Shown here: one piece after another, positions 9,971 to 19,532 of the stretch
Position numbering within the stretch: position 1 is the first letter of the stretch
Layout: every line of letters begins with the position of its first letter
DNA from: an uncultured Candidatus Saccharimonas sp.
Lineage (GTDB): Bacteria; Patescibacteriota; Saccharimonadia; Saccharimonadales; AWTP1-31
Assembly (NCBI GenBank): GCA_943353855.1
Contig: CALRBD010000001.1
Span: forward strand, 1 to 58,549
DNA length: 58,549 bases
Direction of reading: 5' to 3'
Translations under genes and position numbers: made by a program
Notes under the pieces: model-generated
Told to the model about the DNA's origin: nothing
The model's database searches: none
The model's input: only the letters and a program-made list of their open reading frames with translations

Positions 9971-10648
9971 TTAAATAGATTCGTATCCAGGGAAGTAATC
10001 AGTTACTATCTGATATCGATTAAGCCCCATAGACTTAAAATCTGTAGCTAATGCTTTTGCCATTGGTTCAGGCCCTGAAACGTAGATATGTTTTGTCTTT
10101 ATTTCACCAATAAGTTTTTCTAGGTCAAGCGCACTATGTCGTTTGCCATCGCTAAGAACGTGTAGCTCTACAAAAGGCTGCGAGAGATCATCCATAAAAG
10201 CAACCTGTGATTGGCTCTGGGCCAGGTAGATTAGTTGAATAGAGCGAGTGGCATGTTTTTGCGTAATCCAAGTAATCATTGATCTAAATGGAGTTACACC
10301 AATACCGCCCGCAATAAATACCAGCTTAGTTGATTCATCTTTTGGTAATACAAAATCACCCATAGCTTCGCTTATATCAATAGAATCCCCGGGTTTAAGG
10401 GAATGTAGTTTTTTCTTAAAAGAGCTTGGTTTCTCAGGATCAATTTTAGTCGTAATTGCAATGTGACTTTCAGTTGGAGAAGAAGATAAAGTAAACCAAC
10501 GTTTTTGTCCTCGATCGTCTGGATGCTCATGCGAAATATGAAATTCAAGAAACTGTCCTGCAATGTAGCGAAGCGTATTCTCAGGTTCAAAATAATAGGT
10601 ATAGATATGGTCCGCATCTTTAATTGATCGAATAAATAGTGCTTTCAT
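9971..10648 (-). CDS. FAD/NAD(P)-binding oxidoreductase, ferredoxin-reductase (FNR) type
   Basis: RWFTLSS (RxFS-like FAD motif) and FIAGGIGVTPF (NAD-binding GGxGxxP). Start overlaps the upstream gene by 4 nt. Confidence 0.7.
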   Translation of the reverse strand: MKALFIRSIKDADHIYTYYFEPENTLRYIAGQFLEFHISHEHPDDRGQKRWFTLSSSPTESHIAITTKIDPEKPSSFKKKLHSLKPGDSIDISEAMGDFVLPKDESTKLVFIAGGIGVTPFRSMITWITQKHATRSIQLIYLAQSQSQVAFMDDLSQPFVELHVLSDGKRHSALDLEKLIGEIKTKHIYVSGPEPMAKALATDFKSMGLNRYQIVTDYFPGYESI

Positions 10649-11340
10649 TTCTTTTTCCTTTTATTAGTACGGAATTGTTGCATGACTAGTGGATCATTGG
10701 TCGTAATTGCAATGCCTGGATATAGTAATCGCAAAAATTTAGCTATCCAGACTTTATTGACTGTAAAAACTATGATGTCTAGGTTGTGTCTCCAGGCCAG
10801 TGCGTATGCAAGCGGGTTTAACGTCCAGAAGTTTACATCTATACCTTGAAACCCATACAGCCTTGCTGCATTGATGGCGTCAAAGGCATTTCGGTGCTCG
10901 AGTACGTATAAAGGAATATCGGGCTGAAGTTTCTGAAACTTATTCAACTCTTGGTGATTAAATGATATGACACTGTGAATTTTTTTATTTGGATGCCTAT
11001 GCAGTATTTTAGATAGTGGTTCAGACCAGTTGCCGCTCTTTGCTTCAATGATCGCCGTTGTTTTACCACAGGCTTCAAGTGCTAACTCAAGAGTCGGTAT
11101 TCGGTTACCGTCTTTATCTTTTATCTTATCTAGTTCGGAGCTTGTGAGATCAGAGACCTTTTTATCTATTCCATATGTTCGATTAAGACTTGCATCATGA
11201 CATAGATATAACTTCAAGTCCTTGCTTACACGGATATCAAACTCGACTGCATCAACACCAGCTTTCATAGCCGTCTTAATGCCTAATATAGTATTCTCAG
11301 GTGCAATATTTGCAGCACCGCGATGTCCGATAACGTTCAT
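10645..11340 (-). CDS. glycerophosphodiester phosphodiesterase
   Basis: HRGA..APENT and EFDI motifs of the GDPD family. Confidence 0.85.
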   Translation of the reverse strand: MNVIGHRGAANIAPENTILGIKTAMKAGVDAVEFDIRVSKDLKLYLCHDASLNRTYGIDKKVSDLTSSELDKIKDKDGNRIPTLELALEACGKTTAIIEAKSGNWSEPLSKILHRHPNKKIHSVISFNHQELNKFQKLQPDIPLYVLEHRNAFDAINAARLYGFQGIDVNFWTLNPLAYALAWRHNLDIIVFTVNKVWIAKFLRLLYPGIAITTNDPLVMQQFRTNKRKKK

Positions 11341-11452
11341 ATTACATATAGTGTATCAAACAAAACCACCAAGAATTGCATGACCTCAATAAAAAATAAT
11401 TAATAGGTTGGATTTGGTGTATTATAGATATTAAGCAAAGGAGAAATATAAT

Positions 11453-11986
11453 ATGGCTGATTTTAATATAATACTAGATGCAGGAAATGTTTCAGACGGC
11501 ACAATTAATGTTGTAAACGAGATACCTATGGGTTCAAACCTAAAGGTTGAATGGAATAGAAAGAAAGCAATTTTTGAACTTGATCGAGTTGAGCCAGAAA
11601 TTTTTGCAAAGCCATGTAACTATGGATTTATTCCTCAAACATTAGACGAGGACGGCGATGAACTTGATGTCTTATTGGTATGCGGTTCCGCTATTCCAAC
11701 CGGAGTTGTAGTTCGAGCTCGTATTATCGGAATTATGAATTTTGAAGATGACAACGAAATGGATCACAAAGTTGTCGTAGTTCCAGAAGACGATCGCGCT
11801 ACAGGAAACGCTATTCAGACTCTTGAAGATCTACCAAAACAGTGGATCAATCAGTTAACTCATCACTTTACGCACTATAAAGATCTCAAAAAACCAAATA
11901 GTACGAAAGTTCTAGGATGGGGAAATATTGAAGAAGCTAAAGCTACAATTGTAGAGTGTCAAAAACGTTGGGCTGACCAGGCTTAA
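11453..11986 (+). CDS. ppa: inorganic pyrophosphatase (family I)
   Basis: YGFIPQTL..DGDELDVLL core. AAGGAG SD upstream. Confidence 0.92.
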   Translation: MADFNIILDAGNVSDGTINVVNEIPMGSNLKVEWNRKKAIFELDRVEPEIFAKPCNYGFIPQTLDEDGDELDVLLVCGSAIPTGVVVRARIIGIMNFEDDNEMDHKVVVVPEDDRATGNAIQTLEDLPKQWINQLTHHFTHYKDLKKPNSTKVLGWGNIEEAKATIVECQKRWADQA

Positions 11987-12072
11987 TTCATATACTACAA
12001 TTCTTGAAGATTGCCTTCGTTTTCTGTTATGCTTAAGTATAGAACATAAGCTAATAAGCCAGGGGGCAAACT

Positions 12073-13113
12073 ATGAAAACACGAGTGGCAATTAATGGTT
12101 TCGGACGTATCGGTAGAAGTGCATTTAAGGTTGCTTTTGAACGTAGTGACATTGAGATAGTTGCTATCAATGACCTAACAGACACAAAAACACTTGCGCA
12201 TCTTTTAAAGCACGATAGTAACTACGGCCTCTATCAGCACGAAGTAGGTTTTGACGACGAACATATTATCGTTGATAAAAAACTAATTAAGATTCTTGCT
12301 GAAAAAGAGCCGGGTGCTTTGCCATGGAAAGATATGAAGATCGATATAGTTATTGAATCTACTGGATTTTTCGTCGACCCAGAGCTTGCCAAGGCACATA
12401 TTACAGCGGGAGCGCATAAAGTTGTACTCTCTGGTCCTGCAAAAGGTGACGGTGCGTCAACTATTGTGCTGGGCGTAAATGAAGATAAGTTAGAGGTTGC
12501 TGAAGACATCATCAGTAATGCTTCATGCACTACTAACTGTATAGCTCCCGTAGCTTCAATTATTGAAAGTCATTTTGGTATTAAAAAAGCAATGATGACC
12601 ACTGTCCATAGCTACACTGCCAGTCAAAAATTACAAGACGCACCTGCTAAAGATTTGCGTGAAGCAAGAAATGCAGCAGAAAATATAGTTCCAACTACTA
12701 CTGGAGCTTCCAAGGCGGCAGCACTCACCTTGCCAAGCCTAAAAGGTGTCTTTGGAGGTATGAGCGTTCGTGTACCAACTCCAGTTGTATCACTCAGTGA
12801 CTTCGTAATAATTACAAAAAAGAAAGTCACAGTTGAGTCTGTTAATGAAGTATTTATGAAGGCAGCAAAAGAGCCTTACTATCAGGGTATCGTAGCAGTG
12901 TCTGACGAACCGCTTGTTAGTAGCGACTACATTGGCAATAGTCACTCTGCAATTGTCGACCTTAGTCTTACCGCTGTTATTGACGACGATATGCTAAAAG
13001 TGGTGGCATGGTATGACAATGAATGGGGCTATAGTAATCGTCTTATCGAACTTGTTGCCGATACCGGTAGATTGCTTCACCAAAAACACGATCATAAAGA
13101 ACACCATAGTTAG
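12073..13113 (+). CDS. gap: glyceraldehyde-3-phosphate dehydrogenase
   Basis: INGFGRIGR and the active-site SNASCTTNC. Confidence 0.95.
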   Translation: MKTRVAINGFGRIGRSAFKVAFERSDIEIVAINDLTDTKTLAHLLKHDSNYGLYQHEVGFDDEHIIVDKKLIKILAEKEPGALPWKDMKIDIVIESTGFFVDPELAKAHITAGAHKVVLSGPAKGDGASTIVLGVNEDKLEVAEDIISNASCTTNCIAPVASIIESHFGIKKAMMTTVHSYTASQKLQDAPAKDLREARNAAENIVPTTTGASKAAALTLPSLKGVFGGMSVRVPTPVVSLSDFVIITKKKVTVESVNEVFMKAAKEPYYQGIVAVSDEPLVSSDYIGNSHSAIVDLSLTAVIDDDMLKVVAWYDNEWGYSNRLIELVADTGRLLHQKHDHKEHHS

Positions 13114-13128
13114 TAAAAGAATGCTGTC

Positions 13129-13578
13129 ATGAATATATACGTCGGAGCCGATCATAACGGATTTCATTTGAAGAGCAGTCTGCTGCGATATTTGCGATCC
13201 GCAGGCTATGACATTACAGACGAAGGTGATGAATCATTGAACCCAGAAGATGACTACCCAATCTTCGCTTCAAAGGTTGTTGCCGGATTGCGTCAAGATA
13301 CCTCACAAGAGCCTCGGGGCATCCTTATATGTGGTAGTGGCCAAGGCATGGCGATTGCAGCTAATCGCTACAAGGGTATCCGTGCCTGCGTAGGCTTTGA
13401 TATTGAATCTGTAAAATCTGCAAGGAATGACGATGATTGTAATATTCTGTGCTTGCCTGCAAAAATACTAGCTTCCGATGATGCTTCATTGCTCGTAGAG
13501 GCATTTCTAAATACTCCTTTTGCGGCAGCACCTAGATTTATCCGTCGTAACCGTGAACTTGATGAAATGATAACCTAG
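13129..13578 (+). CDS. rpiB: ribose-5-phosphate isomerase B
   Basis: 149 aa with a CGSGQGMAIAANR motif of the RpiB/LacAB family. Confidence 0.85.
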   Translation: MNIYVGADHNGFHLKSSLLRYLRSAGYDITDEGDESLNPEDDYPIFASKVVAGLRQDTSQEPRGILICGSGQGMAIAANRYKGIRACVGFDIESVKSARNDDDCNILCLPAKILASDDASLLVEAFLNTPFAAAPRFIRRNRELDEMIT

Positions 13579-13620
13579 TCTTTATTATGATAAAGCTTAT
13601 GCTTATAATAGACAGTAACT

Positions 13621-14382
13621 ATGAAAGATACTAAACCCACTAACGACCAGCCGATTGAGCCGCCGACTCTTAATGCAAGCGATAGTCATGAAAAGATTAT
13701 CAAGCCTCAGGGTGCAATTAAAACAGAAGCAACTGTAGTTGAAACTGATGAAACGAACGCCAAAACAAAACGGCTTTTTCTTACGATAATTGGGGTTATT
13801 TTAATTATAGTAATTGTGGTTGGAGTATTCGCAGTACTTATTTCTAAGGATTCTAAGGACACTAAAACAAACGGCCCAACACCTGGAAATAGTCAGATAA
13901 AAGCTACTTCACTATTAGATTATTCGACCGTCTGCAGTGGTTCTAGGATCACCAATACAAGTATTACTGATGCTAAAAAACGACCAATAGCTTTTTTTGA
14001 TGAGGTTACGACAAACAGCGGTCAATACAGTCTTTCGGATGTAGCACTTGAAGATAGTACTTGGGAGGCTGACTATACTAAGTTCACTAGCACGCAGCTC
14101 GTTGGGTGTTTAACTCGCATTAAAGAAACTGATACGGGTATTAAGTGCGACCTTACTGATGATAATAAACAAGAACAAAAAGTATCTGTATATAACGTTA
14201 CATACAGACTGACTATATACGATGCATCAACCGGTAAGCTTCTTAGTACAAAAAATATAGAAGGCGTAGCAACTGCTTGCCCTTATTTTGCTACGTATAC
14301 TCAGAATAACCCTAAGATATATGCCTTGCCTGAAAAATCTGTGCTTTCTGCGGCAGTAAAAGAATATGTCGTGAAAGAGTAG
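13621..14382 (+). CDS. hypothetical membrane-anchored extracytoplasmic protein
   Basis: Disordered N-terminus, one TM helix (LFLTIIGVILIIVIVVGVFAVLI), then a Cys-containing domain of about 170 aa. No motif recognised. The stop lies 1 nt before the rpe start. Confidence 0.6.
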   Translation: MKDTKPTNDQPIEPPTLNASDSHEKIIKPQGAIKTEATVVETDETNAKTKRLFLTIIGVILIIVIVVGVFAVLISKDSKDTKTNGPTPGNSQIKATSLLDYSTVCSGSRITNTSITDAKKRPIAFFDEVTTNSGQYSLSDVALEDSTWEADYTKFTSTQLVGCLTRIKETDTGIKCDLTDDNKQEQKVSVYNVTYRLTIYDASTGKLLSTKNIEGVATACPYFATYTQNNPKIYALPEKSVLSAAVKEYVVKE

Positions 14383-14383
14383 C

Positions 14384-15025
14384 ATGGCTATTATTTGTCC
14401 AACTATTACTGCAACAAGCAAAGCACTTTATCAAAATCAAATGAATGACGTTGCTAAATTCGCCAAGCGTATACATGTTGATCTTGCCGACGGAGTCTTT
14501 GCTCCTACGAAACTTGTTGACCCAAAGGATGCTTGGTGGCCTGTTGGAATTACTGCCGACGTACACCTTATGTATGAAGCCTCTAGACCTTTTCTAAAAG
14601 ATCTCATAGCTCTTGAGCCACATATGATAATATTGCACGCTGAGTCAGTTGGAAATTTCTACGAACTCGCACAGACTATCCGATCTGCAGGTATTAAAGT
14701 AGGAGTTGCGCTTTTAGAGGCGACACCAGTAAGCAAGATAAGGCAGGCTATTGATGATATCGACCACGTTTTAATTTTTAGCGGCGATCTAGGCTACTTT
14801 GGAGGCCATGCAAATCTGTCTTTGTTACAAAAAGTTACTGAAATAAAGCGCTATAACGCAAGTGTCGAAATTGGCTGGGACGGCGGAATCAATGAGTCCA
14901 ATGTGCACAAACTCGTTTTAGGTGGTGTGGACGTATTAAATGTTGGCGGAGCAATCCACCTATCCAAGAATCCAATGAAAGCATATAATAAGCTCAAAGC
15001 ACTAGCGGAAAGTAGCACGTCATGA
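14384..15025 (+). CDS. rpe: ribulose-phosphate 3-epimerase-like TIM-barrel protein (divergent)
   Basis: Size and an HVDLADGVFAP motif resemble Rpe (H.D.MDG.FVP). Operon context lies between rpiB and transketolase. Confidence 0.6.
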   Translation: MAIICPTITATSKALYQNQMNDVAKFAKRIHVDLADGVFAPTKLVDPKDAWWPVGITADVHLMYEASRPFLKDLIALEPHMIILHAESVGNFYELAQTIRSAGIKVGVALLEATPVSKIRQAIDDIDHVLIFSGDLGYFGGHANLSLLQKVTEIKRYNASVEIGWDGGINESNVHKLVLGGVDVLNVGGAIHLSKNPMKAYNKLKALAESSTS

Positions 15026-15873
15026 CACATTCAATTGAAGATCTCGAACTAATAGCTGTAGAAATACGGCAAGATATAATTAAGATGCTTTTGCATGCTG
15101 GCAGTGGGCATAGTGCAGGGCCACTTGGACTTGCAGATATATTCACTGCATTGTATTTCGATATTTTAAAACATGATCCGAAGAATCCAGATTGGGAAGA
15201 GAGAGATATGCTTTTACTGAGCAATGGTCACTGCGTACCTGTTCGTTATGCAGCAATGGCACGAGCTGGATATTTTGATTTGTCTGAGCTAAAGACATTA
15301 AGGCAATTAGGATCGAGATTACAGGGACACCCAGAGCGCACAAAACTTCCCGGAATGGAAACTACAAGTGGACCCCTTGGTTGCGGCTTGAGCCAGGCCG
15401 CTGGTATGGCTCTAGCAATGCGAATGAACGATATTCATCACCGATGGGTATACGTTGTTCTAGGCGACGGTGAACTCGATGAGGGTAATATTTGGGAAGC
15501 TGCTATGCTCACATCTAAATATAACCTTAATAATGTCATCGGAATTATTGACCGGAATAATATCCAAATAGACGGCCCTACGGAATCGGTTATGCCTCTT
15601 GATGATCTTAAGGCTAAATGGGTAAGTTTTGGATGGCACGTTATTGAAATCGATGGAAATAATATAGAAGCTGTAATTGATGCCTGCGCCATGGCCAGGG
15701 CTGTTGTCGATAAGCCGGTCATGATCATTGCCCATACAATTCCAGGTAAAGGTGTAGACTTTATGGAATACGATTTTCACTGGCATGGATCACCGCCTAA
15801 TGCCGAACAGGCTAAAAAAGCACTGCGCGAACTAAGAACATTACAAGGAAAAATTAGGAGCGAACATGAATGA
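15022..15873 (+). CDS. transketolase, N-terminal (TPP-binding) subunit
   Basis: GSGHSAGPLG and GDGELDEGNIWEA thiamine-diphosphate motifs. Split-gene form. Confidence 0.92.
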   Translation: MTHSIEDLELIAVEIRQDIIKMLLHAGSGHSAGPLGLADIFTALYFDILKHDPKNPDWEERDMLLLSNGHCVPVRYAAMARAGYFDLSELKTLRQLGSRLQGHPERTKLPGMETTSGPLGCGLSQAAGMALAMRMNDIHHRWVYVVLGDGELDEGNIWEAAMLTSKYNLNNVIGIIDRNNIQIDGPTESVMPLDDLKAKWVSFGWHVIEIDGNNIEAVIDACAMARAVVDKPVMIIAHTIPGKGVDFMEYDFHWHGSPPNAEQAKKALRELRTLQGKIRSEHE

Positions 15874-16837
15874 TCTTAACCTTATAAAGGACGTTCTAGA
15901 CAAGGACATCTCTAGTGAGCCTATACGCAAAGGATTCGGTCGCGGACTACTCAATGCTGGAAAAATTAACGTAAATGTAGTTGCAGCATGTGCTGATTTA
16001 ACAGAATCAACCCAGATGAGCTTATTTAAGAAAGAATTCCCAGAGCGTTTTGTTGAAGTTGGAGTTGCAGAACAAAACCTCGTTACAGTAGGATCGGGAA
16101 TGGCAGCAATGGGTAAAATACCTTTCGTGAGTAGTTATGCAGCTTTTAGCCCGGGTAGAAATTGGGAACAAATTAGAACCACTGTTTGTTTGAACGATCA
16201 GCCAGTAAAAATAGTAGGCTCTCATGCAGGTGTTTCGGTTGGACCTGACGGTGCAACACACCAGATGTTAGAAGACATAGCTCTAATGAGAGTACTCCCA
16301 AACATGGTCGTTATCGCTCCAGGTGATAGTCTTGAAGCCGAACGCGCAACTCTAGCTATCGCATCAGACCAAAGGCCAGCATATATTCGCCTAGCCCGGG
16401 AAGCTACTCCAATAATTACAACCGACAAGACACCATTTGAAATCGGCAAGGCATATGTCTATAAGGCGGGTAAAGACCTTACTATCATGAGCACCGGCAC
16501 AATGACCTATCAGGCGTTAGCTGCGGCAGCTAAGCTTGAAAAAGATGGCATACACGCTGAAGTCATACATATCCCGACTATAAAGCCCTTGGATGAAAAG
16601 ACAATTATAGCCAGCGCTAAAAAAACAGGTAAAGTCATTACAGTCGAAGAGGGCCAAATAATCGGCGGACTAGGCGGAGCTATTGCTGAATTATTAAGCC
16701 AAACATCCCCTACTAAAGTTATTCGAATGGGAATGCAAGACAGATTCGGTGAATCCGGTAAGCCGGACGAACTGTTAGAGCACTTTGGACTTACTGCCAA
16801 GCATATTGCTGTTCAAGCTCACCACCTAGTAATGTAG
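15866..16837 (+). CDS. transketolase, C-terminal (pyrimidine-binding) subunit
   Basis: VGVAEQN and GPDGATHQ motifs. Overlaps the N-terminal subunit gene by 8 nt. Confidence 0.92.
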   Translation: MNDLNLIKDVLDKDISSEPIRKGFGRGLLNAGKINVNVVAACADLTESTQMSLFKKEFPERFVEVGVAEQNLVTVGSGMAAMGKIPFVSSYAAFSPGRNWEQIRTTVCLNDQPVKIVGSHAGVSVGPDGATHQMLEDIALMRVLPNMVVIAPGDSLEAERATLAIASDQRPAYIRLAREATPIITTDKTPFEIGKAYVYKAGKDLTIMSTGTMTYQALAAAAKLEKDGIHAEVIHIPTIKPLDEKTIIASAKKTGKVITVEEGQIIGGLGGAIAELLSQTSPTKVIRMGMQDRFGESGKPDELLEHFGLTAKHIAVQAHHLVM

Positions 16838-16839
16838 TC

Positions 16840-17475
16840 CTAGCGACTAAAAACTCGTTTACGTAGCAGCATTACTCGGGTTAGTACTACGAATGCGTGC
16901 AATAGAAGAATCTCAGTAGTAATTGCAATGAGTAACGTCTTAAAGTCTTTATTAGTAGACCAGCTGTTAATTACTTTACTGTAGCTTTGATTGACGTGTG
17001 GTAAACCAGTGCTTATAAAAAAGTTAAAATACAGAAGTCCAATTACAGCAACTGCAGTTCGTAGAGCTATTTTTTTAGAAAAATCTTGGATTTGTGACTG
17101 AGGATCTACGCCACTTGGATGTACATATTTACTAAATTCAAGGTCTTCGTTTATTTCTGTAGTTACGTTAGAACCTGCCCACCAAATTAGGTTTACTACA
17201 ACGCCAACAAGAGCCCAGAATATGGCCAATGAAAGTGTACCTGCGAGCTTTTCACCAACAAGTTTTGTTAACAACAGGTCTATCCCTGATATTCCAAGTC
17301 TAATCGGATTGAAGTCACCCGACACGAATAGAAGGTCTTTTAACCGGTCAACGCCACTTAGTATGAGAGTTGCCCCTGTAATAAAGATGTATATTAAGAT
17401 CTCTATACCGTTAGGCATCAGCCAAAAAAATGCTTGTTTTATATTATCTCTAGATGTATTCATAACTGAAATCAC
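16840..17475 (-). CDS. hypothetical integral membrane protein (about 4 TM helices)
   Basis: Four hydrophobic helices and no recognised motif. Start is GTG 17475 or ATG 17463. Confidence 0.5.
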   Translation of the reverse strand: MISVMNTSRDNIKQAFFWLMPNGIEILIYIFITGATLILSGVDRLKDLLFVSGDFNPIRLGISGIDLLLTKLVGEKLAGTLSLAIFWALVGVVVNLIWWAGSNVTTEINEDLEFSKYVHPSGVDPQSQIQDFSKKIALRTAVAVIGLLYFNFFISTGLPHVNQSYSKVINSWSTNKDFKTLLIAITTEILLLHAFVVLTRVMLLRKRVFSR

Positions 17476-17538
17476 TGTAGTTTCATATCAAGTATATGCT
17501 ATTGTTAGTCATAAGCATAAGAAAAAAAGGAGTCAACG

Positions 17539-18453
17539 ATGCCTCAAACACTTAAACAAATGCAAGAAGATTGTGCTGCGGCTCGGAAAGCAATCAAGCG
17601 GGCTAGGGACGAGCACTACGCGATCGGTGCTTTTAATCTAGATAATCAAGAAACGCTTATAGCTGTCACAAAAGCAGCTGCTGCAAAAAAAGCGCCTGTC
17701 ATGGTTGAAATAAGTCATGGAGAAGTTAAATTACTGGGACTTAACAATGTTCGGGATATGGTAGACAACTATAAGGCTGAGTTTAAGGTCGAAATGTATA
17801 TTAACTTAGACCACTCCCCATCAGTTGAAGCAGCAAAAGCTGGTATTGACGCAGGCTTTGAATTTATTCACATTGATATTTCACAAGAAAATCATGATGC
17901 AACGGAAGAAGAAATAATTAGCAAAACCAAGGAAGTAGTCGAGTATGCCAAAAAGACAGGCGCCTTGGTTGAGAGCGAGCCGCATTATTTTGGCGGGGGA
18001 TCAAATCGGTTCACTAAAGCCTTTGACTACGAAGAAATTAAAAAGACATTTAGTACCCCAGAAGGCGCTGCCCGATTCGTTTCAGAAACAGGAATCGACA
18101 CTTACGCAGCAGCCATAGGTAATCTACATGGATCCTACCCAGTTCCCAAGAGACTTGATCTTAAGCTATTACAAACCATTAGAGACGCAATTGACTGCAA
18201 CATCAGTCTTCACGGAGGAAGCGGCACACCTGGTCACTATTTTGAAGATGCTGTTAAGATTGGGGTTTCTAAAATTAATATTAATTCAGACATGCGTATC
18301 GCATATCGGACTACTCTTGAGAAAGTGTTGAAAGAAAATAAAACAGAATTCGCTGTTATTAAACTAATGGATGAAGTTATTGAGGCAGTTCAAGCTGTAG
18401 TTGAAAGTAAGATCGATTGCTTTAACTCGACTGGTAAAGCAAAACCAGCATAG
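17539..18453 (+). CDS. fba: class II fructose-bisphosphate aldolase
   Basis: AFN...LDHS, HGGSG and NINSD motifs of class II FBA/tagatose-bisphosphate aldolases. AAGGAG SD. Confidence 0.85.
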   Translation: MPQTLKQMQEDCAAARKAIKRARDEHYAIGAFNLDNQETLIAVTKAAAAKKAPVMVEISHGEVKLLGLNNVRDMVDNYKAEFKVEMYINLDHSPSVEAAKAGIDAGFEFIHIDISQENHDATEEEIISKTKEVVEYAKKTGALVESEPHYFGGGSNRFTKAFDYEEIKKTFSTPEGAARFVSETGIDTYAAAIGNLHGSYPVPKRLDLKLLQTIRDAIDCNISLHGGSGTPGHYFEDAVKIGVSKININSDMRIAYRTTLEKVLKENKTEFAVIKLMDEVIEAVQAVVESKIDCFNSTGKAKPA

Positions 18454-18471
18454 CGAGACAATTGGTTCCTA

Positions 18472-18480
18472 TGTTAAAAT
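18472..18480 (+). promoter_or_regulatory. extended -10 promoter of the PfkB kinase gene
   Basis: TGtTAAAAT, followed by a leader of about 37 nt with an AGAGGGG SD. Confidence 0.45.
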
Positions 18481-18523
18481 AAGCATAAGTGCAATACAAC
18501 AATACTAAAGAGGGGTGGCAGCA

Positions 18524-19522
18524 ATGAGCATTGACGTTTTATCAGTAGGAGATATCGTAACTGATGCCTTCATTAAGTTAATGGACGACCAGGCTCATGC
18601 CACTAAGGACGATAAAGGCAGATGGCTCACTATGCCTTTTGGAGTAAAAATACCTTATGACCATGTCGAGGTTCTTGAAGCTGTCGGAAATGCGCCAAAC
18701 GCAAGTGTAAGTTTTTCAAAGCTTGGACTTAAAAGCGCGCTTTATGCAAATGTTGGCGGTGATCAGAATGGCCGAGATATGATAGCTTCACTTGAGAATA
18801 GTAAGGTTGATACGCGCTTCATTAAAGTTAACCCAAAGCAGAAAAGCAACTACCACTATGTTTTATGGTACAAAGCTGAACGCACAATTCTTATTAAGCA
18901 TGAAGAGTACACATACCACTGGCCGCATTTAAGACCTGACGAGATCCCAAAATGGATTTACTTCAGCTCCATAAGTAAAACAGCAGAAAAATTTCATGAC
19001 GAGCTTTCTGATTGGCTCACTAAACACCCAGAAGTTAAGCTCGCCTTTCAGCCAGGTACTTTCCAGATAAATATGGGCACAAAAAGACTCGCTGAACTAT
19101 ATAAAAACACAGAGGTATTAGCAGTTAACCGTGAAGAAGCAGTCATGGTATCAAAAGGGGATTACAAAGATATTAATGATCTTTTCGACAAGCTTCATGC
19201 CCTTGGTCCTAAGATAGTCGTTATAAGCGACGGTCCCGACGGAGCATATGCATCAGATGGCAATAGGCGATTAAAAATGCCAATTTATCCTGATCCCTCT
19301 CCACCATTTGAAAGAACCGGAGCTGGAGACGCTTTTACATCAACGTTTGTAGCCGCACTAATTAACGGCAGCGACATAGAGGGCGCACTACAATGGGCAC
19401 CGATTAATTCTATGAGTGTTGTTCAGTATGTTGGGGCACAAAAGGGACTTTTGACCGAACCCCAGATAACAAAACTTCTTAAACAGTCACCTCGGTGGTA
19501 TAGACCCGAAGAACTAAAGTAG
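18524..19522 (+). CDS. PfkB-family carbohydrate/sugar-phosphate kinase
   Basis: N-terminal GDIVTD, C-terminal DGPDGAY and TGAGDAF anion-hole motifs. ATG 18524 has an AGAGGGG SD. Confidence 0.8.
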   Translation: MSIDVLSVGDIVTDAFIKLMDDQAHATKDDKGRWLTMPFGVKIPYDHVEVLEAVGNAPNASVSFSKLGLKSALYANVGGDQNGRDMIASLENSKVDTRFIKVNPKQKSNYHYVLWYKAERTILIKHEEYTYHWPHLRPDEIPKWIYFSSISKTAEKFHDELSDWLTKHPEVKLAFQPGTFQINMGTKRLAELYKNTEVLAVNREEAVMVSKGDYKDINDLFDKLHALGPKIVVISDGPDGAYASDGNRRLKMPIYPDPSPPFERTGAGDAFTSTFVAALINGSDIEGALQWAPINSMSVVQYVGAQKGLLTEPQITKLLKQSPRWYRPEELK

Positions 19523-19532
19523 CTTATATACA

